From Pseudomonadota bacterium (GTDB lineage: Bacteria; Myxococcota; JACRCW01; JAFGSX01): a DNA stretch of 64,000 nucleotides. Below are positions 19,514 through 28,501 of the stretch, piece after piece. The DNA lies in contig JBDRCO010000037.1 of NCBI GenBank assembly GCA_043821645.1, positions 128,001 through 192,000 on the forward strand, read 5' to 3'. Both the position numbers and the translations under genes were made by a program. Under the pieces are notes generated by a model. That model did no database searches and was not told the DNA's origin. It saw only the letters and a list, made by a program, of their open reading frames with translations. Every line of letters starts with the position of its first letter. Within the stretch, counting starts at the first letter, position 1.

Positions 19514-20131
19514 ATGGACAACGCGAGCCGCAGCAGTGTGATGGTGGCCATACGTCGGCAGTGGCAGCCGGTGATCAACAACGTGGTGGCAGCGTGCCGG
19601 GGTGACGCGAGGGCAGCCGAGCAGATAAAACCTTTTCTCAAGCATCTCTCCTCGCAGGAGGACTGGCGCGACCTCACCGCTGTGCTGCGGCGCATCCTCG
19701 ATGGGGAGCGCGAAGCGCAGCACTTGGTGGATGGGCTGGACCCCACGGACAGTCTGATCGCCGGCCACGTACTGGATCAGCTGGGGGTCGACCTGTCGAG
19801 CTTGCCTTCCGAGCTGGTCGCTGCGGTGCGGACACCCACCGAGGGTGACTCAGGCACCGAGATGTCCCTGGTCGATTTCATCTCGATGGTGGTCGGCGCG
19901 TTGCGTCAGGGGACTCCTGGCGCTCGGGTCGAGGAACTCAAGACGATGACCCAGGCCATGGCCCATGCCGACGACTCCCCGGAGTCCTTGCGGGCTCTCG
20001 GGGGTCTGCTCCACGGTCTGCTACACGAACAGCCCCTGGACCTGAAGCTGGTGCCACCCGAATTTTCGCAGTACCTCCAAGGCGCGCTCGCCTCCTTGCT
20101 GGCACCCCAGCGTCCGCCGGCCGAGGCCTGA
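19514..20131 (+). CDS. Hypothetical all-helical protein with internal duplication
   Basis: Clean ORF filling the gap between flanking genes; two halves containing VLRRILDGE and LLHGLLHEQ. Confidence 0.65.
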   Translation: MDNASRSSVMVAIRRQWQPVINNVVAACRGDARAAEQIKPFLKHLSSQEDWRDLTAVLRRILDGEREAQHLVDGLDPTDSLIAGHVLDQLGVDLSSLPSELVAAVRTPTEGDSGTEMSLVDFISMVVGALRQGTPGARVEELKTMTQAMAHADDSPESLRALGGLLHGLLHEQPLDLKLVPPEFSQYLQGALASLLAPQRPPAEA

Positions 20132-20140
20132 GAAACACCC

Positions 20141-20833
20141 TCAGAGCTTGGGACCGAGCCCCTCGACCAGATCTTCCAGGCTCGCCGCGTCGAGGACGCG
20201 GATCCGGTTGTTGTCGAGCAGTTCGATGTAGCCGCTTTCCGCCATCCGCCGCAGGGTCCTGGACACGGTCTCGCTGGTGAGGTTGAGGTGGCTCGCCATG
20301 TCCTTCTTCAGCATCGGAAAAGAGAACTCGGTGCCCACACTCCCGCCTTGCGACAGCAGCAGGTGTCGCGCCAGCCTCCCCGAGGCGTCGCGCAGCACGA
20401 TGTCCTCCATCAGTCCCACGAGGTGACGGACCCACTGCGACAGGCTGAGCAGGAGCTGCTTGCACAGCAGGTGGTCCGTATCGATGGCGTCGAGGAAAGA
20501 ATCCCTGGGCAGCAGAGCACACAGCGAGTCCTCGAGGGCCTCCGCGCTGGCCGGGCACTCGAAGCGGCCGATGACGGCCACCTCGGCAAAGGTCTTGCCG
20601 GGATCCGCCAGGTGCAGCAGGTGCTCCTTGCCGCTGGGCGCAATCTTGTAGATGCGCACCAGCCCGCTCCCCACGACATACAGGCCCGGGCAGGGATCGC
20701 CCTGCCTGAAGATCTGTTCACCACGCTGCAGGCGGACCAGGTGGGCCAGCCCGGTGACGCGACTCATGGGACCGGGGTCCAGGTGCCCGAAGAAGGCACT
20801 ACCACGCAGGATCTGGCCCACCGAGAGTTCCAT
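20141..20833 (-). CDS. Crp/Fnr family regulator (HcpR/Dnr-like)
   Basis: cNMP-type domain (IFRQGDP..GLYVVGSG.VRIYK, FAEVA) and HTH (MASHLNLTSETVSRTL); no Fnr N-terminal Cys cluster. Confidence 0.88.
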   Translation of the reverse strand: MELSVGQILRGSAFFGHLDPGPMSRVTGLAHLVRLQRGEQIFRQGDPCPGLYVVGSGLVRIYKIAPSGKEHLLHLADPGKTFAEVAVIGRFECPASAEALEDSLCALLPRDSFLDAIDTDHLLCKQLLLSLSQWVRHLVGLMEDIVLRDASGRLARHLLLSQGGSVGTEFSFPMLKKDMASHLNLTSETVSRTLRRMAESGYIELLDNNRIRVLDAASLEDLVEGLGPKL

Positions 20834-20855
20834 CTCGACCTCGATCGTCCTGCAC

Positions 20856-20869
20856 TTGATCCAGCTCAA
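20856..20869. promoter_or_regulatory. Fnr/Dnr/HcpR-type box
   Basis: TTGATccagCTCAA, one mismatch to TTGAT-N4-ATCAA, between the divergent regulator and cupin genes. Confidence 0.7.
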
Positions 20870-20949
20870 GGTGCCGGAGTGTACGCCGCGGTACATAACG
20901 AACCACAGCGGCGCTCGACATGCCAGCCACGCCGCACCGGGAGACCATC

Positions 20950-21309
20950 ATGAGCACCATGCAGAACTCGAGCGGCGGCGTGACCGAAGCCACGGCCGTG
21001 CCTGTCCAGGACCTCGCCAGCTATGCTGGCGGAGCTATCGTGAGCCGGACCCTGGCCAAGGCCAAGGGCGGCAGCTTCACCTTCTTTGCCTTCGATCAGG
21101 GCCAGGAGCTCAGCGAGCACTCGGCGCCCTTCGACGCCTACGTGCAGGTGCTCGACGGAGAAGCCGAGCTGATCATCGGCGGCAAAAGCGTGCGCGCGCG
21201 GGTCGGTGAGCTGGTGCGGATGCCAGCCAACATCCCACACGCGGTCAAGGCCAACCAGCGCTTCAAGATGCTGCTGGTCATGATCCGAGATCTGCCGGAG
21301 GGGACCTGA
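20950..21309 (+). CDS. Cupin domain protein
   Basis: FAFDQGQELSEHSAPFDA.VQVLDGE...MPANIPHAVKA; GGAG RBS. Confidence 0.88.
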   Translation: MSTMQNSSGGVTEATAVPVQDLASYAGGAIVSRTLAKAKGGSFTFFAFDQGQELSEHSAPFDAYVQVLDGEAELIIGGKSVRARVGELVRMPANIPHAVKANQRFKMLLVMIRDLPEGT

Positions 21310-21310
21310 C

Positions 21311-22093
21311 ATGGCACTGCGCGAACTCGTTCGTATCGACGAGGACAAGTGCGACGGTTGCGGCCTGTGCGTCCCGGCCTGCGCCGAGGGAGCGATCCAG
21401 ATCATCGATGGCAAGGCCAAGCTGGTCAGCGAGATTTACTGCGACGGCATCGGAGCCTGCCTGGGGCACTGTCCTCAAGAAGCGATCACCGTCGACAAGG
21501 TCGAGGCTCGGCCCTTTGATGAGGCCGCGGTGGAGCAGCACCTGGCAAGCCTGAAGCCGGTCGGACCCACGTCACCCGTCGCCAAAACCGAGACCTTCCC
21601 CCCCACAAAGGAGCACCTCATGGCCCACGGTGGCGGCTGTCCAGGTTCTCGCATGATGCAGTTCAAACCCGAGGCCGACCACGGCCCGCAGGAGGACACC
21701 GGCGCTCAGCCGTCGCAGCTCCGGCAGTGGCCGGTCCAGCTCCACCTCGTCGCACCCATGGCGCCCTACTTCCAGGGCGCGGACCTGTTGCTGACCGCGG
21801 ACTGCGTGCCCTTCGCGATGGCGGCGTTCCATCGCGACTACCTCAAGGGCAAGGCCCTGGCGGTGGCCTGTCCCAAGCTCGACACCAACCAGGACGTCTA
21901 CTTTGACAAGCTGGTCGCCATGATCGACCAGGCGCGCATCAACAGCATCCACGTCCTGGTCATGCAGGTCCCGTGCTGTGGCGGTCTGTTGCGCCTGGCG
22001 CAGGACGCAACGGCCCGGGCTTCGCGCAAGGTGCCGATCAAGTGCACGACGGTCAGCGTGCAGGGTGAGATCCTCGACGAGAGCTGGGTCTGA
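21311..22093 (+). CDS. 4Fe-4S dicluster ferredoxin-like protein (FrdX-like)
   Basis: CDGCGLCVPAC, CDGIGACLGHCP, GCPGS, QWPVQL, ADC, CPKLD, VPCCGG. Confidence 0.85.
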   Translation: MALRELVRIDEDKCDGCGLCVPACAEGAIQIIDGKAKLVSEIYCDGIGACLGHCPQEAITVDKVEARPFDEAAVEQHLASLKPVGPTSPVAKTETFPPTKEHLMAHGGGCPGSRMMQFKPEADHGPQEDTGAQPSQLRQWPVQLHLVAPMAPYFQGADLLLTADCVPFAMAAFHRDYLKGKALAVACPKLDTNQDVYFDKLVAMIDQARINSIHVLVMQVPCCGGLLRLAQDATARASRKVPIKCTTVSVQGEILDESWV

Positions 22094-22101
22094 TTCGCGG
22101 C

Positions 22102-23559
22102 TCACTTGTCGTCGTCGGTCTCGACCAGGATGCTGCCGCCCAGGCCCCTGCGCACCCGGGCACGGGAGGTGGCCTCGCCGCGCTCGCGCACCACGGTCTT
22201 CTCCTCGGCCAGCTCGCGACTCACCACCAGCACGTTGAGCGTGTGCCGCAGGGTCTCGGAGGACGACTGCTGAGCCAGGCTGCGAATGGTATGCACGGCG
22301 AGTGTGCGCAGCATCGAGGTGGCCGGGAGCCTGGGCACACAGCGCTCCAGGCCGTCGAGGATCTGCTCCGAGCTGTTCTCACCACCGCGCTGCAGGACCT
22401 CGAGCAGCAGCTCGACGATGGTGGCGGCGTGGCCACCTCGCGCCGAGGCCTCGAGGAGGGCGACGATCTGCTGCAGGCCAGAGCGCGTCAAGCACTGCTG
22501 ACCGTGCTCGCAGATCGACACGGCTGCGGCGATGGCCAGCTTGTCGCCGTCGAGCACCGGGCGCTGCAACAAGCGCGCGGCGCGCTGGCTGGTCCGTTGC
22601 TCCTCGCTCCAGATCAGGGCCAGGGGCGCCAGGGCACGCTGCGCGCCTGTGTCGCCCTCGTAGTCCACGAAGCGTTGCAGGACCTTCGGCCTGGCCAGAG
22701 GCTCGAGCAGTTGCCCCCGGGCCGGGTCTTCGCCGAGCTCAGCGTCCGCCACGATGCCGGCAAAGGCCACCAGAGCTCCAGCCACCGGCGGTGAACGCTC
22801 GACGATGCCGTCGGCCGCGTTGTAAAGCGACACCAGTGGCTCGCCGGCCGTGCTGGCTGCCACGTCGCGCACGTGGGGGAGGTCCTCGCTGGCCAGCAGC
22901 GCCGGCTGGCGTGTCAGGGCCAGGGCGGCATGCAGGCGAGCGACGCGGTGGTCCTCGTCGATGAAGGGTTTGCTGCGCCACAGCAGGGTGCGGACGGCCT
23001 GCAGTGCTGCGTCCGAGCCTTGCGCCAGCATCCAGTGCAGCAGGCGCCGGGCGTCGCCGTCGCGATCGGCTTGCAGCGCACGCACACCCACCGCGAGCAG
23101 GTCCGCCGGAGTCAACTGGTCGGGAGCCCCGGCCAGGATGTCCGCGGCGAGTTCGGCGGCATGTCCCGGGACTCGCACCGCCTTGCGCAGCATGGCAATG
23201 GCATCTCGCCGACCGGCCAGGGTGGCGCGACGCAGCAGCCGCATCGCCCCCTTGCGCGCTTCGCGGCGGCCCAGAGCCTGACTCAGGGCCCAGAATTCCA
23301 GGCTGCTGAGGCGTGCGAAGGCCTGATCCAGGATCTGGAACACCCGCCGCAGGATGCGTACCTGGTCCCGGGGTGGGAACTCCCAGACCAGGGAGTCGTC
23401 GACCAGCAGCTCGGCCAGCTTGGCCAGGGCCCGGGGGTCGCCTGCCATCGCTGCATTCCCGACCTCGCCGAGGATCTTGAGCAGATGAATCCGCTCATCC
23501 TCGCTGAGCGGCTCGAAGCGCTCGCGTCTGGTGATCTCGGTGGAATCCGGTCGCGGCAT
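22102..23559 (-). CDS. Hypothetical alpha-helical (HEAT/ARM-like) protein
   Basis: Long Leu/Ala/Arg-rich ORF; ATG 23559 avoids overlap with the upstream gene; no catalytic motif seen. Confidence 0.6.
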   Translation of the reverse strand: MPRPDSTEITRRERFEPLSEDERIHLLKILGEVGNAAMAGDPRALAKLAELLVDDSLVWEFPPRDQVRILRRVFQILDQAFARLSSLEFWALSQALGRREARKGAMRLLRRATLAGRRDAIAMLRKAVRVPGHAAELAADILAGAPDQLTPADLLAVGVRALQADRDGDARRLLHWMLAQGSDAALQAVRTLLWRSKPFIDEDHRVARLHAALALTRQPALLASEDLPHVRDVAASTAGEPLVSLYNAADGIVERSPPVAGALVAFAGIVADAELGEDPARGQLLEPLARPKVLQRFVDYEGDTGAQRALAPLALIWSEEQRTSQRAARLLQRPVLDGDKLAIAAAVSICEHGQQCLTRSGLQQIVALLEASARGGHAATIVELLLEVLQRGGENSSEQILDGLERCVPRLPATSMLRTLAVHTIRSLAQQSSSETLRHTLNVLVVSRELAEEKTVVRERGEATSRARVRRGLGGSILVETDDDK

Positions 23560-23617
23560 GTCGTGTCTCGACGGAGCCTGCAGTGACCTGGGAGTACCAG
23601 GCACTCGCAGGGGGGTA

Positions 23618-24772
23618 TCAGGAACGCAGCCAGTCATCGAAGCGGCTGGCTCGCTTCGACGTTGCGCCCGTGCCGGGTGTGCGCACGAGGGCGAGGTCGC
23701 CCTGTCGCGAGGCCCTGCTGTCAAGGCCACTGTCAAGATCGCCGCGTGCCGGGTCGGCGTCGCCGGCTCCTTCGGCAGCATGAGCGTGCTGGAACACCGT
23801 GCGCTGGTCCACCTCGCTGCGGCGGAGCGCCTTGAAGTCGCTGTCCGGTGCAGGCAGCTTGGCTCCGTCCAGGAGCAGGTACGAGAACCCCTGTCCTCCC
23901 TCCCGCGCGTCCTGGGACCTGGGAGCCTCGGCCAGCACGCGCTGAAAAGGAACCCAGTCCTGTGGGTGAATGGCCTGGCAACCAGCGCGGCTCACTCCGA
24001 CACGATTCGCTTCCGCGCCGCGGTGAAACTGGATCTGAAGGCGCGGACCGGCCAACAACACGGGATGCGCCGTGATGGGCGGATCGTGGTCCCCTGTCCC
24101 ATCGTCGTCGTGGCGATCTGCCTGCAGGCGCACAAGGCCCTGCTGAACCAGCCCGAATTCGCCGTGGGCAACCTCGCCGCGCCTGAAGGCATCGCGGTAA
24201 AAACCATCGGCCAGGAGACTCATGCCCACGAAGCTGCCGGCATGATCGTGGTAGCCCAGGATCAGCTTCTCGGGATCTGAGAAGCGGCCCGCATCTGTGC
24301 TTGCCCTGAAGGACTGGACCTCCCTGATGCCGTCGACGAGGCGGCAGGTGTGAAGTGTGTCGTTGTAGTCGCTGCCCCCGGAGCTGCCGGCGTGGCCGAT
24401 GACCACGCCGCGGATTCCGATCAGGTTGATCTCCTTGTCGCCGGTCTTCCATGCAGTCTCGTCGCCGGCCGCCTGCTGCACCGTCAGTTTCTGCAAATAG
24501 TCATAGAGCGGACCCTGGCTCATCTCGAGGAAGGTGGCCTGGGCTGTGTCCTGTGCGTGCTGCGCATGCTGTGCCGCCGCGAATTGTTGAATCTCCTGAG
24601 CCTCGGCGCCCCGGGCCGCCGCCGTGGCCACGGTATCCGCCGTCGCTGTCGTGGCCTGAGACGCCGCCCTCGCCGAAGCCTGGGTGGTCTTGGCTCGCGA
24701 TGTGCTCGGGCTCGCCGGCTTTGCCACCGCCGCCCTGACTGGCCGAGATCCCCTGTTGGTGACGCGGCTCAA
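23618..24772 (-). CDS. Putative L,D-transpeptidase-like (His/Cys) peptidoglycan-active protein with disordered N-terminus
   Basis: NLIGIRG...YNDT...STDAG...IQFHRG...SRAGCQ. Likely TTG start 24772 after GAAAGGA (alternative GTG 24790). Confidence 0.6.
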   Translation of the reverse strand: MSRVTNRGSRPVRAAVAKPASPSTSRAKTTQASARAASQATTATADTVATAAARGAEAQEIQQFAAAQHAQHAQDTAQATFLEMSQGPLYDYLQKLTVQQAAGDETAWKTGDKEINLIGIRGVVIGHAGSSGGSDYNDTLHTCRLVDGIREVQSFRASTDAGRFSDPEKLILGYHDHAGSFVGMSLLADGFYRDAFRRGEVAHGEFGLVQQGLVRLQADRHDDDGTGDHDPPITAHPVLLAGPRLQIQFHRGAEANRVGVSRAGCQAIHPQDWVPFQRVLAEAPRSQDAREGGQGFSYLLLDGAKLPAPDSDFKALRRSEVDQRTVFQHAHAAEGAGDADPARGDLDSGLDSRASRQGDLALVRTPGTGATSKRASRFDDWLRS

Positions 24773-24825
24773 GCTCGTCGTCCTTTCCACATCATCCGGG
24801 GAGCCCCCTCCTACACGGAATTGAA

Positions 24826-24853
24826 TTGTCGGCGCTGAGGCGGGTTTCGTCTA
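24826..24853 (-). promoter_or_regulatory. Sigma28 (FliA/SigD)-like promoter
   Basis: Minus strand TAGA-N16-GCCGACAA versus consensus TAAA-N15/16-GCCGATAA. Confidence 0.45.
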
Positions 24854-24950
24854 CCTCGTCATCGTGAGGATGGGAGACTCTGCGCGCAGGTCTGACATGA
24901 CAGGCATCGTGCACCGGGATTCCGGTCTGCCTGGCTGCGATGGACCCGGC

Positions 24951-26882
24951 TCACGGCTGCTCCGGGCTCAGCTCCAGCCAGAAATCCCCGGCCTCACCCG
25001 CCAGACCGTCGACCACCACGAACAGCGGTCCCTCGTTCAGCTCGGCCAGTACCAGGGGGGTCGTCGCGCCGGCCTCGGCCGACACGCACGCGATCTCGGC
25101 CAGCGCGTCGTCGCAGGGACCCGCGATCACAAAGAGCACGGCGGCGAAGTCCAGCGGGTGGAGTTCGACGCGCAGCCCTGGCGTGTGACCAGGTTCCACG
25201 CGGTACAGGAAGACCCGCTCGCCGGCGCCCGCGCCGCCGCAGCTCGCAGTCATCCTGTCGTCGAGACCTCGGGTGCTGCCGCTGCCAAAGGCCGGCGTGT
25301 CGAGCCTTGTGGTCTCGTCGACCAGGGGGCAGGCGGCTGGCAGCGTGACCTGATACAGACCCGGGTTTCCACGCAGCACCTGCACCTGTCCCGCGGTCAG
25401 GGTGAGCCCGGCCTGCAGGGGGAAAAGCGGGAACATGAGATTGCCGTAATCCGGGCACGATGTGGCCGAGGTGCCGACCGGGCATTCTGGCGTGTCGAGG
25501 ATGGGATCGTGGCGTCCACCCGTGGTTTCGGTGGTGTGGCGCAAGCCCAGGAAGTGCCCCAGCTCGTGCGCCAGCAACACGCCGGTGCGCGCACCGTCAC
25601 CCTGGTACGCGATCACGATGCCGCTGGCGGGTGAACCGTAGACACCCGGCGGACCGGGGATGCCACCCGAGAGCCCGGCCGTGAAGGCCAGCTCGTTGAC
25701 CACGAACACGTTGACCGCCGTACCCTGGGCTCCGGGCTGCGCTTGCGTCGCGCAGAGAGCCCTGACCTCGTCGCCGTCCTCGACCACCGCGGCCGAGGGC
25801 GGCAGGTCGGCGTACTCCACCCGACCCAGCGCCAGCCCTGCGCGAAAGCGGTAGCTGCCCTCGATGCGCGAGAGCAGGGCCTGCACCTCGGTGCTCTGGG
25901 GTGCCGCCGACGCGTGCAGTCCGGTGGCTGTGGCGAAGTGCAGGTTCAGGTCGAGCAATCCACCCTGCCGACCCGCGCGTTCGAGCACCACGTCGACCTG
26001 CTCCAGCTCGCCATCCAGGGGTTCCAGGCTGTCCCACACCGCCGGGTCAAAGGTCCCGACCTGCATGCGGTACGTTCCTGGCCGGGGTTGCGCGGCCGCG
26101 TCGTCGGTCGCCGGGACCAGCACGGCCACGGCGCCCGGGTAGTGATAGCCGGGATTCAGATCGGCCGTGTCGTCGTCGACATCCAGCAACAGCGTGCCGT
26201 CCGGCGCGACCAACCGAGTGACCGCGGGACGCAGCAGCTGTTCGTCGCGCAGCACCACAGTGAACGAGGCCACGCCTTGGGGCAGCTCGAAGCTCAGCTC
26301 ACCACGCGTGGCTGCCGGGGTCGCCAGCGGCCCCAGGGTCAGGCGCTCGAGAGCAAAGGCTGGCAGGCACAGCTCGGCCTGCACCGACTCCCCACCGCGG
26401 TCGAGGGTGGCCGGGGCACAGCTGGTCTGCACGGAGCAGGCGGGGCAGGGGCGGGTGCACAGGTTCTGGTGGCACAGACCACTGGCGCAGCTGCTGTCGT
26501 CGATGCAGAGCGCACCGTCGGGATCGGTGCCTGTTGCCGCAAGGCAGGCCAGAGCAAGTGTGCCATCGGGGCCTACCATGGGCTGACACGACAGGTCGGC
26601 CGTGCAGTCCGTCGATTGCTGGCAGGTCCTGCTGCAGCGCCGCACCCCGGTGCGCTCCGCACACCAGCCCGAGCGGCACTCGAGATCGCTCGCACAGGTG
26701 TTTCCGTCGTCGAGAAGGATGCGCTGGCCGCAGTGCCCCTCGGCATCGCAGCTCTGCCCCGGTGCGCAGTCCTGGTCTTCGGCGCAGGGCAGGCTCTCGT
26801 CACATCCCGCGGCGCTCACCAGCATCAGCAGCGCGAGGCCGATGGCGGGCGGGATTCCCTGCGACGGGTACAGTCGGTTCAT
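24951..26882 (-). CDS. Cys-rich lipoprotein with metzincin (M43-like) metalloprotease domain
   Basis: Lipobox AAGC; Cys-rich N-terminal region; AHELGHFLGLRH zinc motif; NLM Met-turn; C-terminal beta domain. Confidence 0.82.
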   Translation of the reverse strand: MNRLYPSQGIPPAIGLALLMLVSAAGCDESLPCAEDQDCAPGQSCDAEGHCGQRILLDDGNTCASDLECRSGWCAERTGVRRCSRTCQQSTDCTADLSCQPMVGPDGTLALACLAATGTDPDGALCIDDSSCASGLCHQNLCTRPCPACSVQTSCAPATLDRGGESVQAELCLPAFALERLTLGPLATPAATRGELSFELPQGVASFTVVLRDEQLLRPAVTRLVAPDGTLLLDVDDDTADLNPGYHYPGAVAVLVPATDDAAAQPRPGTYRMQVGTFDPAVWDSLEPLDGELEQVDVVLERAGRQGGLLDLNLHFATATGLHASAAPQSTEVQALLSRIEGSYRFRAGLALGRVEYADLPPSAAVVEDGDEVRALCATQAQPGAQGTAVNVFVVNELAFTAGLSGGIPGPPGVYGSPASGIVIAYQGDGARTGVLLAHELGHFLGLRHTTETTGGRHDPILDTPECPVGTSATSCPDYGNLMFPLFPLQAGLTLTAGQVQVLRGNPGLYQVTLPAACPLVDETTRLDTPAFGSGSTRGLDDRMTASCGGAGAGERVFLYRVEPGHTPGLRVELHPLDFAAVLFVIAGPCDDALAEIACVSAEAGATTPLVLAELNEGPLFVVVDGLAGEAGDFWLELSPEQP

Positions 26883-26963
26883 GGCGTCATGTTAGCCGAG
26901 GCCCGACGGCGCACCAAGGAGGGCGGCTTGACCGGCGCACGCCAGGCTCTCTATGGTCGCGAC

Positions 26964-27650
26964 ATGCGACTGGCCAGTCCCCTCTGCCTGCTCCTCGTCG
27001 CGCTGGCCACGCCAGCGTGGTCACAGGGCGGGCCCCCGCGGGTCGAAGCCGGGGTGGTCGAGGACGAGCTCCCCGGAGTGGAGCCATGGCTACCTCCCCT
27101 CGTCGTTGACGAGGATACGGACCTGTATCTGGCCCAGGTGATCGCGGGCCTGGGCGCGGAGGGCCTGTTCGGGATTTTTGGACTGTGTCCGGGGCTGTCG
27201 CTCTGTGCGGGTGTGGCGCGCCCTGCCGCCGGGGCCCTGGCCGTGGACTGGGTCGGCCGCGAGATGGGTGGTCGCCAGGGCTGGCAGCTGGGCGGCCTGG
27301 TCGCGAGCTATGCCCTGTACCTGGCCGCAACAGGCCTGGTGACGACGGGAGCGCTGGGCCTCTACGTGGCTTCGCTCCTCACCGCGGTGCTGGTGCCCAG
27401 CCTCGGCCTCGACGGCATCAGCGGCACCCTGGTGGGCGTCTCCCTGCTCGGCACGCCCGTGGCAGTGATGCTCGGTGGCGCGCTCATCATGCTCGCCCGC
27501 CCCTTCCTGGTTCCCCTGGTCTGGGGCATCACCCGCGACGAGGACGAGGCAGCAGATCCCGGGCCCGAGATCGACGACGCGGCGCCGGCACCAGACCTGG
27601 TACCCGGCGCTCGCCCTCCTGTGATCCGGCCCTCCGAGGTCGTGCCGTGA
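26964..27650 (+). CDS. Hypothetical exported membrane protein
   Basis: Signal peptide MRLASPLCLLLVALATPAWS; several Gly-rich hydrophobic helices; acidic tail. Confidence 0.65.
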   Translation: MRLASPLCLLLVALATPAWSQGGPPRVEAGVVEDELPGVEPWLPPLVVDEDTDLYLAQVIAGLGAEGLFGIFGLCPGLSLCAGVARPAAGALAVDWVGREMGGRQGWQLGGLVASYALYLAATGLVTTGALGLYVASLLTAVLVPSLGLDGISGTLVGVSLLGTPVAVMLGGALIMLARPFLVPLVWGITRDEDEAADPGPEIDDAAPAPDLVPGARPPVIRPSEVVP

Positions 27651-28501
27651 TGCCACCATTGCTGTGGCTGGTCCTGCTTGGTCTGCATCCAGGCCCACAC
27701 GGTGTCGAGGGACACGTCGTGCCTCTCCCCCCGGTCATCGTCGAGGGGCAGGCGCCTGACGCGCCCGAGAGCGCGCCTGCAAGCCAGCCCGAAGAGCAGG
27801 GACCGCCCGCCGAGCCAGCGCCCGCCGAGGAACCGGGCGGGCTGGGTTCGACGCCCGAGGCATCGCCAGAGCCCGTGCCCGAGCCCCTGGTGCCGGCGGG
27901 GGACCCACTGGACCTGTTCCCGGCGGCGCCCGTGGATGGATTCTGGGCCTATGTCGTCGAGGTGGCGGCGGCCATGGGCACAGCGCAGCTGCTGGCCCCT
28001 CTGGGTTGTGTTCCTGGCATCGGGCCGGTGGCCTACGCCATCCTCGCACCTCCGGCCATCGTGCACACGCTCGAGCGCACGGCCGGCACCTGGACCACCA
28101 CGCCTGCAGGACATCGCGAGGCAGCCTTGATCACCGCCCATGTCGTCGAGGCTCTGACCGGCCTGTTCATGCTGGGCGGGCAGATCGTGCTGATGACCGA
28201 ACTGACCTCGGTGGCCTTGCTGGCGGTGGGGGCTGCGAGTGGAAACAACCAGGTGGCCGCCATCGGAGGTGGCTTGCTGGCCGCCGGGACTCTGGGTGGC
28301 CTCAGCCTGCTGGGCGTCATGCCCCTGGGCATACTGCTCGGCCTGGGTGGTCCACACCTCGAAGTTCTGGTCTACCGCTACCTGCGAGCAGACGATACGA
28401 GCGTGGATCCCGACGCCGACAGCGACTATATCGACGACGAGGTGGGTTTCACCGAACCGGAATCCAGCGCTGCGCCCCCACCGTCGGGAGGATACCCATG
28501 A
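27650..28501 (+). CDS. Hypothetical membrane protein with the same architecture as the upstream gene
   Basis: ATG overlaps the upstream TGA; signal-like N-terminus, Pro/Glu linker, hydrophobic helices, acidic tail; overlaps the tal start. Confidence 0.65.
   Translation: MPPLLWLVLLGLHPGPHGVEGHVVPLPPVIVEGQAPDAPESAPASQPEEQGPPAEPAPAEEPGGLGSTPEASPEPVPEPLVPAGDPLDLFPAAPVDGFWAYVVEVAAAMGTAQLLAPLGCVPGIGPVAYAILAPPAIVHTLERTAGTWTTTPAGHREAALITAHVVEALTGLFMLGGQIVLMTELTSVALLAVGAASGNNQVAAIGGGLLAAGTLGGLSLLGVMPLGILLGLGGPHLEVLVYRYLRADDTSVDPDADSDYIDDEVGFTEPESSAAPPPSGGYP

Noticed and set aside
25743-26963. Long N-terminal extension of ORF 25743-27650 (similarly 27185, 28006, 55089, 56566)
   Set aside because: Overlap real genes; downstream starts with signal peptides or coupled stop/starts fit better.
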